Assembly (NCBI GenBank): GCA_963664875.1
Contig: OY761611.1
Span: 2,240,001 to 2,304,000 of the forward strand
Source: Candidatus Kapaibacterium sp.
Lineage (GTDB): Bacteria > Bacteroidota > Ignavibacteria > Kapaibacteriales > UBA2268
DNA: 64,000 nucleotides
Reading direction: 5' to 3'
Position 1 is the stretch's first letter. Each line of letters begins with the position of its first letter. The notes below the pieces were generated by a model. That model was not told the DNA's origin. It searched no databases and saw only the letters and a list, made by a program, of their open reading frames with translations. Made by a program: the position numbers and the translations under genes. Positions 1 through 9,751 of the stretch are shown here, piece by piece.

Positions 1-374
1 ATGCCGAGGTCAAATGCGCCATTCTGCGAAGAGTTTAATTTTATACCGTCTATCATAACTGCTGTCTGATTTGAAGATGTCCCACGCACGGAAACGGTTT
101 TCAATCCACCAAGACCGCCATAATCTTTTATGTATATACCCGGTACAGAATTAAGCACTTCGTTTATAGTTTCGCTGCCTTTCTGCTCTATGATTGATCT
201 GCCGATAGTTTTAGATGCCACATATTTCTTAGTGTCGGAGTATTTTACCTTGGAGTCGGTAACAATTACTTTTTCAGTTCGCACAGTGTCAGTCATCGCT
301 GCAAGAGATGATTGAGACATAATTAAACAAGCTCCGCAACCACAAATCAAATTGCGGAGCTTGCGATAATCCAT
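1..374 (-). CDS. TonB-dependent receptor, BtuB-like (5' part; runs off the window edge)
   Basis: Not in the ORF track; translated by hand from ATG 374: MDYRKLRNLICGCGACLIMSQSSLAAMTDTVRTEKVIVT...LNSVPGIYIKDYGGLGGLKTVSVRGTSSNQTAVMIDGIKLNSSQNGAFDLG. This is a TBDR plug with the KDYGGxGGLKTVSVRG motif of Bacteroidota B12 receptors, and it lies downstream of a cobalamin riboswitch. Confidence 0.85.
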   Translation of the reverse strand, partial: MDYRKLRNLICGCGACLIMSQSSLAAMTDTVRTEKVIVTDSKVKYSDTKKYVASKTIGRSIIEQKGSETINEVLNSVPGIYIKDYGGLGGLKTVSVRGTSSNQTAVMIDGIKLNSSQNGAFDLG

Positions 375-398
375 ATTTTTCAGACCACTTAGCATGTA

Positions 399-1724
399 CT
401 ATTTGATTACAACAAATGGAATTGATTGAATCGCATTATTTGCTTTGAGGTGTAGGACGTAAGTACCCGCAGCAAATTCTGTACAGTCTATAGAGATTTG
501 AGTCAGTGAATTACCCGCTATGTCAGATGAAACCTCTGCTACTTTAATGCCATCTATATTATAAATAGATATACTTTCCAAACCTACAGCCGGTGTGCTG
601 AAACTGAGTTCTGCTCTATCTGTTACAGGGTTAGGATAAAGCTTCATCTCTGCAGCGAATGCCTCTTCTGTAACTGAAGTAACAATTTGGAAGAAAGATA
701 CTGAATTGTTCGGAGTGTAGTCTGCGTTGCTTATGTTGCAAACAGATATAATATTATTAGAAATATCAAGCCCTTCGCCTTTTGCAGGCAACTCATACGA
801 ATCAACCATCTCCCCTGTGGCAAGGTCGAAAGCTCTGAGGTCTTCGTTGTAGGTTGTTACGTATAATGTGTTTTCGTGGACTCTACTTTGGCGTGGACCG
901 TTCAAACCCTCAGTACCTGTTGCTATTGTTTTTGCGATTTCTTTTGATTTCAAATCTATAACTTTTACTTCGTGGCTGCCGTTAACAGTTACATAAAGTT
1001 TGCCGTCAGCTATATTGATATGATTACCTGTGTCTCCCACATAAATGGTATCTATGGAAGTTACGGTAGTTCCTTCGCCTTGGTGATTCAATTTGTAAAT
1101 CATCACATTAGATGAGTCCACTCCGTAAGGGCCATTATTTAAAGCAACAAAACCCATTTCTCCGCTTACCATGTAAGGCAAGACTTCCATCAGGTTGATT
1201 CCTGCAGGGACATCAAAGAGTTTGTTTTTTGATTTTGTACTTATCACTTCGATTTTGGATTCAGCTCCCGGCACAGCAATAAATAAATGAGAAGAGTATA
1301 AACTCAACGATCCTGAATACCCGGTGTAAACATTTTCGTCTTTGACTGTGCCTAATCCGAGATTAAGAGCTACTATGCCTGTGCCTTGGCTAATATATAG
1401 AGTGCCGCTATTACTATCAAAGGCGTGGCGGGCGTTGAACTGAACTCCACCCATAGGAAAATCCATTACCTTTTCCGTTTCCATTGCACCGATATGAACT
1501 GGTATTTTCCACCACGAAGGATATTCATCACCTTCCTCAAAAACTCCGTTATAATTGAGATCGCGACCGACACAGAAAACTTGATAATAGCCTTCATAAT
1601 AAAATGATTCGGCAGGTTGCTGACCTACCTCGAAATCGTGCAAGTGCTTAAAGTCTGCCAAAGCCGAAAAAGTGAGTGTTGCAAATGCTACGGCAAACGC
1701 AAATAATCGCATAAGATTTTTCAT
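399..1724 (-). CDS. Secreted YncE/BtuG-like beta-propeller protein with T9SS type A C-terminal domain
   Basis: Sec signal MKNLMRLFAFAVAFATLTFSALA (ATG 1724); YVTN-like blades (GKLYVTVNGSHEVKVIDL, TLYVTTY); CTD LYPNP..YNIDG..AGTYVL..PFVVIK. First gene after the cobalamin riboswitch. Confidence 0.8.
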   Translation of the reverse strand: MKNLMRLFAFAVAFATLTFSALADFKHLHDFEVGQQPAESFYYEGYYQVFCVGRDLNYNGVFEEGDEYPSWWKIPVHIGAMETEKVMDFPMGGVQFNARHAFDSNSGTLYISQGTGIVALNLGLGTVKDENVYTGYSGSLSLYSSHLFIAVPGAESKIEVISTKSKNKLFDVPAGINLMEVLPYMVSGEMGFVALNNGPYGVDSSNVMIYKLNHQGEGTTVTSIDTIYVGDTGNHINIADGKLYVTVNGSHEVKVIDLKSKEIAKTIATGTEGLNGPRQSRVHENTLYVTTYNEDLRAFDLATGEMVDSYELPAKGEGLDISNNIISVCNISNADYTPNNSVSFFQIVTSVTEEAFAAEMKLYPNPVTDRAELSFSTPAVGLESISIYNIDGIKVAEVSSDIAGNSLTQISIDCTEFAAGTYVLHLKANNAIQSIPFVVIK

Positions 1725-2097
1725 CTCACACCCCAAATAGATATATTTATAAAAAAAGATATTTCAAATAAGTATATTGACTGCCAAGTAGTTAAATGAT
1801 TGGTATATAGCTCCGCTACGCGTAATAGCTATGATGCCAATAATCATATTGAAGTAGTATAATTATATGATATTCAGCCTTGTGCAGACAGATACCTTCC
1901 GCTTATGCGAAACGAATCGATGAAATATTACAATACTAATTCAAAAACTAACACTTTGCTTTAAAAGCCAATTTCTTTGATAATCTAAATATGAGGTACG
2001 AAACAAACATGAAGGCAGTATAACTGCGGAACAGTCGGAATTGAACCTCATTGCATTCGTAAAGCGCGAATGTATATATATTGCTATAATCAATGAG

Positions 2098-2252
2098 AAT
2101 CCCAGGGCTGTATTCTGACTTCGGGGTCATTCGCTTTTTCCGCCTTCCCGCATAAGAAGCAGTGGCTTGCTTTCGCATGGAAAATTTGTCACCCGTCACA
2201 GCGGCGCAACCGTGCAGGAATTTCACCTGCTTCCAATCTACACCTGAGACTA
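2098..2252 (-). ncRNA. Cobalamin (B12) riboswitch
   Basis: Minus strand reads GGAAGCAGGTGAAATTCCTGCACGGTTGCGCCGCTGTGA...GCCACTG...GGGAAGGC...AAGTCAGAATACAGCC, matching the conserved core and B12-box elements. It sits upstream of the BtuG-like and BtuB-like genes. Confidence 0.93.
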
Positions 2253-2256
2253 TGGA

Positions 2257-2288
2257 CAAAACTAATAAGAGTAAGCTAATTATCCAAA
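2257..2288 (-). promoter_or_regulatory. Bacteroidota-type housekeeping promoter (-33 TTTG / -7 TAnnTTTG) for the riboswitch transcript
   Basis: Minus strand TTTG (2288-2285), 20-nt spacer, TAGTTTTG (2264-2257), immediately 5' of the aptamer. Confidence 0.7.
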
Positions 2289-2761
2289 TAAATGTTTAGA
2301 TATTTGGAACTATGGGCAGTAAACAGCAGTGAGTCATGGCTTACATTGCTTAGTTTTTTTTACAGTATAGTACTCCTTTTTGCTATTCACTTCTCATTAC
2401 TCTGCTGTCATTTAGTTGTGCCTCTACTTTGGATTTTGCTAAACAAGCTATCAACTGTGTACTTATATGATATTACTTTCTAATTGTTGCTAAGGCTCAC
2501 TTGCTTTATAGCCAAAAATCAGCTTGTGGCAAGTCTATTTTACTTATTCATTACTAATATGGAAAGCCATAGACTTGAAAAATATGCAGTAATTAGGCTG
2601 ATTATGAAATATATTCATATAGTATAAAGTGATATGATATTTAGCACCATATATTCAAGTTAGTAGAAAATATGACATGGTATTATATGATTTAAATCCT
2701 ATAATATTAAGTACTTAGCGGCGTTTTTCTTTGTGTAGTTTGTTCACAGGAGAGAAAAATC

Positions 2762-3373
2762 ATGATACAAAAAAACGCTGAAACAAAAGTTGCCATTGAT
2801 TACACTTTGGCGTCTCGATGGAGTCCGTTTTCATTTAATCCATCCAAAAAATTGTCAAACGAACAGATAATTTCACTCTGCGAAGCCGGCAGGTGGGCAC
2901 ATTCTTCAATAAATGAAGAGCCTTGGAGGATAATAGTATGCGACAGAGAGCGCAATCCCAATGCTTTTGACAAATCAATGGAATGCATTGGCGAATGGCA
3001 TAGAAAATGGGCAAAAAATGCTCCTTTGATGTTGATTGTATGTGCTGACTATTTTATTAAAAAGAAAAACGTAACTCACAATAAATGGGCTCAGTACGAC
3101 ACGGGAGCATGTGCTGAAAACATAGCTCTACAGGCAACCGCCATAGGTGCTGCTTCGCATCAGATAGTCGGTTTTAGTGCTGCAAAGACCAGAGAGTTAT
3201 TTGACATTCCGGACAGATATGAGCCGATGGCATTTATGGCTATAGGCTACCAGGATATGTCAAACAAACTCGGCGAAGATTACTACGAAAAAGAATCTGA
3301 AGAAAGAAACAGAAGAGACCTCGGGGATTCTTTTTTTGACGGGGAATGGGGTAAAGCATATCTTTCCAAATAA
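2762..3373 (+). CDS. Nitroreductase family protein
   Basis: SRWSPFSF, GRWAHSSINEEPWRIIV, YDTGA..ENIALQA..G and AIGY motifs. Confidence 0.9.
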   Translation: MIQKNAETKVAIDYTLASRWSPFSFNPSKKLSNEQIISLCEAGRWAHSSINEEPWRIIVCDRERNPNAFDKSMECIGEWHRKWAKNAPLMLIVCADYFIKKKNVTHNKWAQYDTGACAENIALQATAIGAASHQIVGFSAAKTRELFDIPDRYEPMAFMAIGYQDMSNKLGEDYYEKESEERNRRDLGDSFFDGEWGKAYLSK

Positions 3374-3432
3374 ATGGCAAAGCTCATTTTGTTCCATTTG
3401 AAGAAATCAAAATAGTTGTAAAATTAGTAAAA

Positions 3433-3464
3433 AAAAGGACAAGGCTTTGCGGCTTTGTCCTTTT
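3433..3464. terminator. Bidirectional intrinsic terminator
   Basis: AAAAGGACAAGGC-loop-GCTTTGTCCTTTT between convergent genes. Confidence 0.75.
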
Positions 3465-3484
3465 AAATTTGGTGTGTGGCGTTA

Positions 3485-6244
3485 CTATTTGCTGATCTCG
3501 CTCTGCAAATACTTCAAAGCCTCTTCGAGTATTATGTCTCTGTCGAGAGCTTTGTAAATCGGATTATCATCAACGATTACATCGGGTTTTTGCTGACCGC
3601 TGATAGTTTCTCCGTCAAAAAGGAGATTGAGGGCAGGCATCGAGATGTAATAGTTGCCTGCTAGATTTACAATATCCATTATCGAAGAATTGCCCGAAGT
3701 TAGCTTGCCAAATGATTTTGCAATTTTACCGTTAGATGCGGTTTTCAATATTGCTTCGGAAAAACCGCTTGTTTTTTCGTCTATAAGCAAGGCTAACTTA
3801 GCTCTGAATGCAATATCGCTCGGAACAAGATTGCCACCAAGAGTATCACGTTTTGGAAGTTTTGCGGCGTGGTAATAAGTAAAACTCTCTCCTGAGTAGC
3901 ATTTAACTGTATCTTTCAGGAAGAAAGAAAGAAAATGTTCGGACACGAGTGCATTGCCTCTGAGATCTAAAATAATCCCTGAATAATCTTTCAAGCCGTC
4001 TATAAGTTTTGCCAATTCTTTATCATCGACTGCACAGGCATCAATATAAACCACAGAACTATCAACCAAAGCAATGCGTTCAGGAACAAAATATTTCAAC
4101 TCGCCCAGCAGCATGTTTTGTTCTACAGTTACTGAATATACTGACTCATCAGGTCTCATTAGTTCTAAGGAAACAGATTTGTCGCGGTATTTGTCTGTAA
4201 ATATCATATTAACCGCTTTTGCATATCGAGTCTCAATATTATCTGCAGGATTTAGAGTTTTGAGTTTATCTTCGACCAACTCATTTATCGGAATATTGTT
4301 GATTTTTAGAATTCTGTCTCCAGGATTGATATTGGAAGCAGAATCAAGCGTTTTGGTAATAATAACCTGATTATTGTAATATTCAGCAAGAAACGGAAGA
4401 TACTGAACGAGCTCGTCTTCGCCTTTCCAAATAGACACACCAGGCACATTGAGGCTGTAAACAGCTTCGCTTAATGCTTGCTGAAAACTATCCCTATTGT
4501 TAGCTACGGCTACTTTGTCGAAAAGAGTATTAAGTAGCTTGTTTTTTAAAGAATCATCAGATGATTTTTCAAAAAATCTAATTGCATTCCAAAGATTTAT
4601 AGCGATAGAGAGTCGAGAGTTCAAATCTTCTTCCAGATAAACAAACGAAGAATCTCTACCGGTAGTTAATGAAGGCAAAATAGATTCCGGCAGCAATTTG
4701 TATCCGTCGGAGTAAAAGCAGAGCGGAACATTAGCCCATAAAGTATCTTGAAGAGCTAAAGCTAAGCTTTCGCCCGGTGCAGGGAACGGCAAGGATTGAC
4801 TTTCGTCAGAGCTGATAACGAGGTAGTTATTTGATTTGCTTTTTTCCACGTAAATATTGTATCCTGCAAGTCTGCTGTGCTCGGGGATTAGCCATTTTGC
4901 GGGAGAGCCGTCGCTATCTAAAATATCAAATTCCGGATTGAACAATTTGAAAGGAAGCTCTACACCTTGAGTAACAATTTTTGATTTAATGTTGTCAAAT
5001 GTAGCTTTGCCGTCGCCATTTAGAGTAAATGCCAAAGTAATGGTCTGCGTGCCATCAGGAAAATCAAATTGAGTAGTATATCTTTTTAGCTTTTTATCTG
5101 TGATACGTATATTGTCAGCTATCAATTTTGCAAGAGGTTTGCCGTTTTGACCGTCTATTTTGATCCATAGCTCGCCTCTTGAACCTGTGATTTTAGAATC
5201 AAGAGAAGCGTCAAAAGAAACTTCCATTTTGCCGGCTTTGAAATCACTAAGACTCACAATCTGCATAGCTGTACCGTGCGATTTCCTTTGTGAATTCATA
5301 ATATTTATATTTGAAGAAACAAAGTTATCATCTTGTTTCAACTCCGGCAGACCGCTATGAATCATAGCCATAACTACATCTTCCAAAGCACCTTTAGGTT
5401 TAGTATATGACTTTAACCCATCTTTATTTTTCGCAAAGCTAATGCCAGGCAAAGTATATTTGCAAAGCGGATTGATTTGAGCAAGAAAATCAATATCATT
5501 TTTTGCCTTTAGCGAAGCATTTACTCCATGAAGCAGGATATTATCCCAGTCTATACTTTCAATTTTAGACTGCGAAGAATAATATCTCATATATCCGAAT
5601 AGCTTAGCAAAGATTGTAAGATAATGTTTTTGCAGTTCAGAGAGGTTTGTTTCTCGGTTAATAGCTTCAAATCCTGAATGTACAAGTTTAAAATCAAGCT
5701 CGTCAACCCATATTCTACCCTGACCTCTGCTAAATGCACCGTAGCTTATTTTGTCAGCTTCCAGAGGAACATAAAACTTAATCTCATATTTAGTCCAACT
5801 GTCTTTTTGCGTAGTTGGGATATACTCAGTATTATAAACATCCAGTGGAGTAGTTCCCTGAAACAAATTCACCCATAATCCTGCCTGAGATTTATCGCTT
5901 AGGTATTGTTCTTTTATATAGCCGGTAAGAGTAACCCATTTCCCACGGAACGCAAACGCATCAAGCTCCTGTTTCAACACGCCCTCTTTTTCTTTCAAAG
6001 GCAAAGTATCAGAAATGGTATAATTAGAAATCTCAGCTGAGAATTTTCCGTTATTTACTTCGGTGTCAGTTAAAACAGCGACATATCCCCGCTTCTCCGA
6101 ATTTTGAGTCATCGACCATGAGATTGGCATTTCGCCTTTGATGCCCAATTCAAATTTGGTATTATAAGGATGAGGAATAGAAGCAAAACAAAAATTACCA
6201 AAGAAAGAAAGAAGAAAAATTGCAACAGATAGATTTTTTATCAT
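3485..6244 (-). CDS. S41-family (tail-specific-like) peptidase homologue with two CBM-like beta-sandwich domains and PDZ; possibly inactive
   Basis: Signal peptide; two jelly-roll-like repeats (GKWVTLTGYIK..AGLWV..GRIWVDE and GELWIKID..GKATFDN); PDZ-like NPGDRILKINN; S41 motifs IILDLRGN and G..TSG. Confidence 0.75.
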   Translation of the reverse strand: MIKNLSVAIFLLSFFGNFCFASIPHPYNTKFELGIKGEMPISWSMTQNSEKRGYVAVLTDTEVNNGKFSAEISNYTISDTLPLKEKEGVLKQELDAFAFRGKWVTLTGYIKEQYLSDKSQAGLWVNLFQGTTPLDVYNTEYIPTTQKDSWTKYEIKFYVPLEADKISYGAFSRGQGRIWVDELDFKLVHSGFEAINRETNLSELQKHYLTIFAKLFGYMRYYSSQSKIESIDWDNILLHGVNASLKAKNDIDFLAQINPLCKYTLPGISFAKNKDGLKSYTKPKGALEDVVMAMIHSGLPELKQDDNFVSSNINIMNSQRKSHGTAMQIVSLSDFKAGKMEVSFDASLDSKITGSRGELWIKIDGQNGKPLAKLIADNIRITDKKLKRYTTQFDFPDGTQTITLAFTLNGDGKATFDNIKSKIVTQGVELPFKLFNPEFDILDSDGSPAKWLIPEHSRLAGYNIYVEKSKSNNYLVISSDESQSLPFPAPGESLALALQDTLWANVPLCFYSDGYKLLPESILPSLTTGRDSSFVYLEEDLNSRLSIAINLWNAIRFFEKSSDDSLKNKLLNTLFDKVAVANNRDSFQQALSEAVYSLNVPGVSIWKGEDELVQYLPFLAEYYNNQVIITKTLDSASNINPGDRILKINNIPINELVEDKLKTLNPADNIETRYAKAVNMIFTDKYRDKSVSLELMRPDESVYSVTVEQNMLLGELKYFVPERIALVDSSVVYIDACAVDDKELAKLIDGLKDYSGIILDLRGNALVSEHFLSFFLKDTVKCYSGESFTYYHAAKLPKRDTLGGNLVPSDIAFRAKLALLIDEKTSGFSEAILKTASNGKIAKSFGKLTSGNSSIMDIVNLAGNYYISMPALNLLFDGETISGQQKPDVIVDDNPIYKALDRDIILEEALKYLQSEISK

Positions 6245-6604
6245 TTTTAAACCTCACTATGTTTTACTCTTTAGTGCATTTCATATTACGAAAAAAAATA
6301 TTCGTCCAATATACGTAAAATAAATATATTTAGTATGCCGGCATAGTAATAGACACAATACATGCTATTAAGTTAGCAGATAAAATAATCATACTTAGTA
6401 TTTTTCTGTCCGAGTCTTCCATTTTTTAACAATAACATTAGCGAATTTAGATTTCATTCTTAAAATATTAGTCGCAACTTTGAATTTTCCATTTTTATAG
6501 AATTCTTATGCTGCTATACATTAAATTTTTAGTCAATTATCGAAATTTTATTTATATTAATATTACACCAAAACGTAAGTCCAAATCTAATTATATATAA
6601 TTGT

Positions 6605-9268
6605 ATGCAAAACACAGGGCATAGAAAAATCGGCTATATAAAAAAGTATAGCAAGTATGAAGCATTTTCGGATAATCAAAGCAATACGCTGAGGGCTTGC
6701 CCTGCATTTATAGGTGCAGATTGTTTTGATTTGTTTTTTTATGCCAAGACTCAGATTGATGTTTTTGACAGAGCCGGAGATATCTTAATATCCAATACAC
6801 TTTATTTAGATCATGGTGAACCATACAATATATTACTTGACCCACAGCTGGAGCTTTTTGATTTGTCTGCGAGATTTGAAGAGGTCAAATCAGGAAAAAT
6901 GATTGAATTTCCTGCAATAGAATATTTTATAAATGCTACTCAGTCCTTGTGGTTAGAAATAAAATTGATGCCTGTAAGTGATACAAATGATTCGGCAATT
7001 GTTTGTATCAGTCAAGATGTGAGCAAGTATAAAAACAAAGAATTTGAACTACTCCGAAATATGGCTGATAAAACAACTCATCATAAGCCCGGGCAGCAGC
7101 TGATAAGCGATCATGTTGCTTTTTTAAAATATTTTATTAAGCTTTTGCCCCATGATGTAGCTGTTTTCAATTCCGAAAAGAAGCTAATTTGTAGCAATTA
7201 CGAGCTCAAACAAGGTGTCATGGAAGAATCTTACATCAGCTCCATTGCTCCTAAAGTCAGCACTTTTAAGCCATTTACTTATCTTGGGCATAAATTCTAT
7301 GTCCAATTTAAAGATTCAATGCCTGACCGCTTGAATCTACACAAAGATGTGCTTTGTGTAACTGATATAGATGGAATGATACTTGACATATCTGATTCAG
7401 CCGAAAAATATTTGGATGAACCCAAAAGCAAGCTAATTGGAAATAATATCCAAAACTATTATAAATTTCCCAAAGAGCGGGAAACTATAATCAAAAAAAT
7501 CAAACAAGATAAGAGTATCTCTGATTATACTTTAACCTTAAAAAATTCGAAAGGAAGAGTCTTCAGGCATCTGACAAATATCAAACTTATTGAAGATTTT
7601 TCCAAACCCGTTCTGGTGTCTTCACTGAGAGAGATAGACAGCACAAGCTCCAAGTTGGAAAAGGTGTGCCGCAGCGAAGAATTGCTGACAGAAACACAAA
7701 AATTTTCTAAAACAGGTAGCTGGACTTATGATTTGTTAGATGGCGAACTTGACTTCTCACAGCAGTTAGCTGTTATCTTTGATTTGGAACCGGATGCAAT
7801 TGCTATGAGAAACCTAATTAGACCAATTGCTTGTAAAGATAAAATAAGGACGCTTAGATTCTTTGCTAATCTTAAATCTGCTGACAAACAAATTTCTCTT
7901 GAATGTATGATACTTACCAAACTTGGGAACAAAAAAATAATCTATTCTGAAGGGAAATTGGAAAAGGATTATTACGGCAATCCTCGCAGAATTGTTGGTT
8001 TTACACAAGATATTACTAAACTAAGAGAATTTGAAGCCGAAAAACAAACAGCACAAAACGACATGACTTCCTTGTATCGAGCCATACCGGCGATGCTGAT
8101 TCAAACTGATGAATTGTGCAATATAGTAAATGCTAGTATGTATTGTTTGGATAAACTCGGATATAATCTCAATGAAATTAAAGATCAACCATTGTACGAA
8201 TTGTTGCTGAAAGAGGGAAAAGTAATAGATATTTGCACTTTGAAAAATGCGACTCAAATCGATGCAGATATTATCAAAAAAGACAACACATTGCTACATG
8301 TTCGTGTTAATATCTCACCAATATTTGACAGAGAAAACATCACCGGCTTGACTGTTGTTTTGTCGGACATCTCCGATAAAGTACAAATCAACAGAGAATT
8401 AGAAATCAAAACTCAGGATTTGACCAATCGGGTAGAAATGAAAGCAGAAAAGCTTAAAGAGATGGTAGAGACTCTGCAAGCTGAAAATGAAAGGAATAAG
8501 AAACTGCAGTCTCAATTAGTCAAAGCTCAGCTCGAAATATCTAAAACTTTAGCTACTGAGCAGGAATCCAGCGAGCTTAAATCCAGATTTATTGATATGA
8601 TTTCTCATGAGTACAGAACTCCTCTGACTGTAATTATGTCTTCTGCTTATATAATCGAAAGGCTAGCAGACATAAATAATGATCAAAAAATACCTAAACA
8701 TATAGATAAGATTATTAAAGCATCACATGCAATGACCGGGCTTTTGGATAGTACATTAGATATGGTATTTCAGAATAGGCACGATTATCAGTTTATGCCT
8801 TCGCTATTCAATCTTGACAACTGTCTTGAAAGAGTAATCAAAGAGCTTGAAATAATAGACGGCAACTCGCACAAAATTGAATATATAAATAAAATTGAAG
8901 AACCTACCCTTTATACTGATTTAAGGCTAACAAGACTTGCCGTATATAATATTATTATGAATGCTCTCAAATATTCTCCCAAAAACTCTACTGTAACGAT
9001 AAAAGCAGAAGAAAATGACGGTATTGTTACTATCTCAGTAAGAGATGAGGGAGATGGCATTCCCGAATCAGAGCAGGATATGATATTTACACCATTTTAC
9101 AGGGGTAGCCAGATGGGCGGTCTGGTGCCGGGCACCGGATTGGGGCTAACAGTCAGCAAATCATGTATCGAAAAACTAAACGGGACAATAACATTTGATA
9201 CAGAGCATGGAAAAGGCAGCAGCTTCTACTGTACCTTCCCAAAGAGATTTGTGCTGAGAAGTAAATAA
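6605..9268 (+). CDS. Cytoplasmic multi-PAS sensor histidine kinase
   Basis: PAS/PAC repeats (GSWTYD..VGFTQDIT), H-box SHEYRTPL, N-box NALKYS, DEGDGI, GTGLGL. Confidence 0.92.
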   Translation: MQNTGHRKIGYIKKYSKYEAFSDNQSNTLRACPAFIGADCFDLFFYAKTQIDVFDRAGDILISNTLYLDHGEPYNILLDPQLELFDLSARFEEVKSGKMIEFPAIEYFINATQSLWLEIKLMPVSDTNDSAIVCISQDVSKYKNKEFELLRNMADKTTHHKPGQQLISDHVAFLKYFIKLLPHDVAVFNSEKKLICSNYELKQGVMEESYISSIAPKVSTFKPFTYLGHKFYVQFKDSMPDRLNLHKDVLCVTDIDGMILDISDSAEKYLDEPKSKLIGNNIQNYYKFPKERETIIKKIKQDKSISDYTLTLKNSKGRVFRHLTNIKLIEDFSKPVLVSSLREIDSTSSKLEKVCRSEELLTETQKFSKTGSWTYDLLDGELDFSQQLAVIFDLEPDAIAMRNLIRPIACKDKIRTLRFFANLKSADKQISLECMILTKLGNKKIIYSEGKLEKDYYGNPRRIVGFTQDITKLREFEAEKQTAQNDMTSLYRAIPAMLIQTDELCNIVNASMYCLDKLGYNLNEIKDQPLYELLLKEGKVIDICTLKNATQIDADIIKKDNTLLHVRVNISPIFDRENITGLTVVLSDISDKVQINRELEIKTQDLTNRVEMKAEKLKEMVETLQAENERNKKLQSQLVKAQLEISKTLATEQESSELKSRFIDMISHEYRTPLTVIMSSAYIIERLADINNDQKIPKHIDKIIKASHAMTGLLDSTLDMVFQNRHDYQFMPSLFNLDNCLERVIKELEIIDGNSHKIEYINKIEEPTLYTDLRLTRLAVYNIIMNALKYSPKNSTVTIKAEENDGIVTISVRDEGDGIPESEQDMIFTPFYRGSQMGGLVPGTGLGLTVSKSCIEKLNGTITFDTEHGKGSSFYCTFPKRFVLRSK

Positions 9269-9358
9269 GCTTATTAAGAAAAAGAAAATACTAGTAACTT
9301 CTTTGGTTTGTAGAGAAGAATACAATTCGTATTTGTTAGTAAATCTTACATATTACAT

Positions 9359-9391
9359 TATTGGCAAGGGGTTTTTACTCCCCTGCCAATA
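9359..9391. terminator. Hairpin between convergent genes (terminator or REP-like)
   Basis: TATTGGCAAGGGG-TTTTTACT-CCCCTGCCAATA with one bulge. Confidence 0.5.
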
Positions 9392-9443
9392 AACAAAAAT
9401 ATTACTTGATTGGATTTTCTAATCCCATTTTTGGGATAAATGA

Positions 9444-9751
9444 ATCCCACCTATTTCACTACAACAATCTTCTTCATAGCCGAAACTTCGCCGTTGTGTT
9501 TTACATTCAGGAAATATGTGCCTGCTGTGAGGTAGTCCGGCAAATTGAAACTGAGGGCGTGTTGAGTGCCTGCTGTGAGATGCTCTGAGGCAAGCGGCAG
9601 CTCGAACTCTCTTCCGCTGAGGTCGCTGATTGAATAAGAATAGTCGCCTGACTGTTGCACTTCGAATGACACGCTAAGGCTTGCGCCTGAGTAAACAGGA
9701 TTTGGATTTGCCGCAAGGCTGTTTATCTTTCGTCTTAGTTCGGATATGGAG
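9444..9751. repeat. Repeat B copy 1 (~308 bp, encodes the T9SS CTD plus stop codon)
   Basis: Matches 11210..11517 with 7 substitutions by manual alignment. Confidence 0.95.

Noticed and set aside
1948-2259. 103-aa minus-strand ORF
   Set aside because: It overlaps the cobalamin riboswitch and promoter and has no protein-like features; likely spurious.
2762-3373. Nitroreductase as BluB because it neighbours the B12 locus
   Set aside because: It has RWSP rather than the BluB RRDVR motif and is transcribed divergently, outside riboswitch control.
6334-6345. Perfect palindrome TATGCCGGCATA in a divergent intergenic region
   Set aside because: A single 12-bp occurrence with no second site or cognate regulator; cannot be distinguished from chance.
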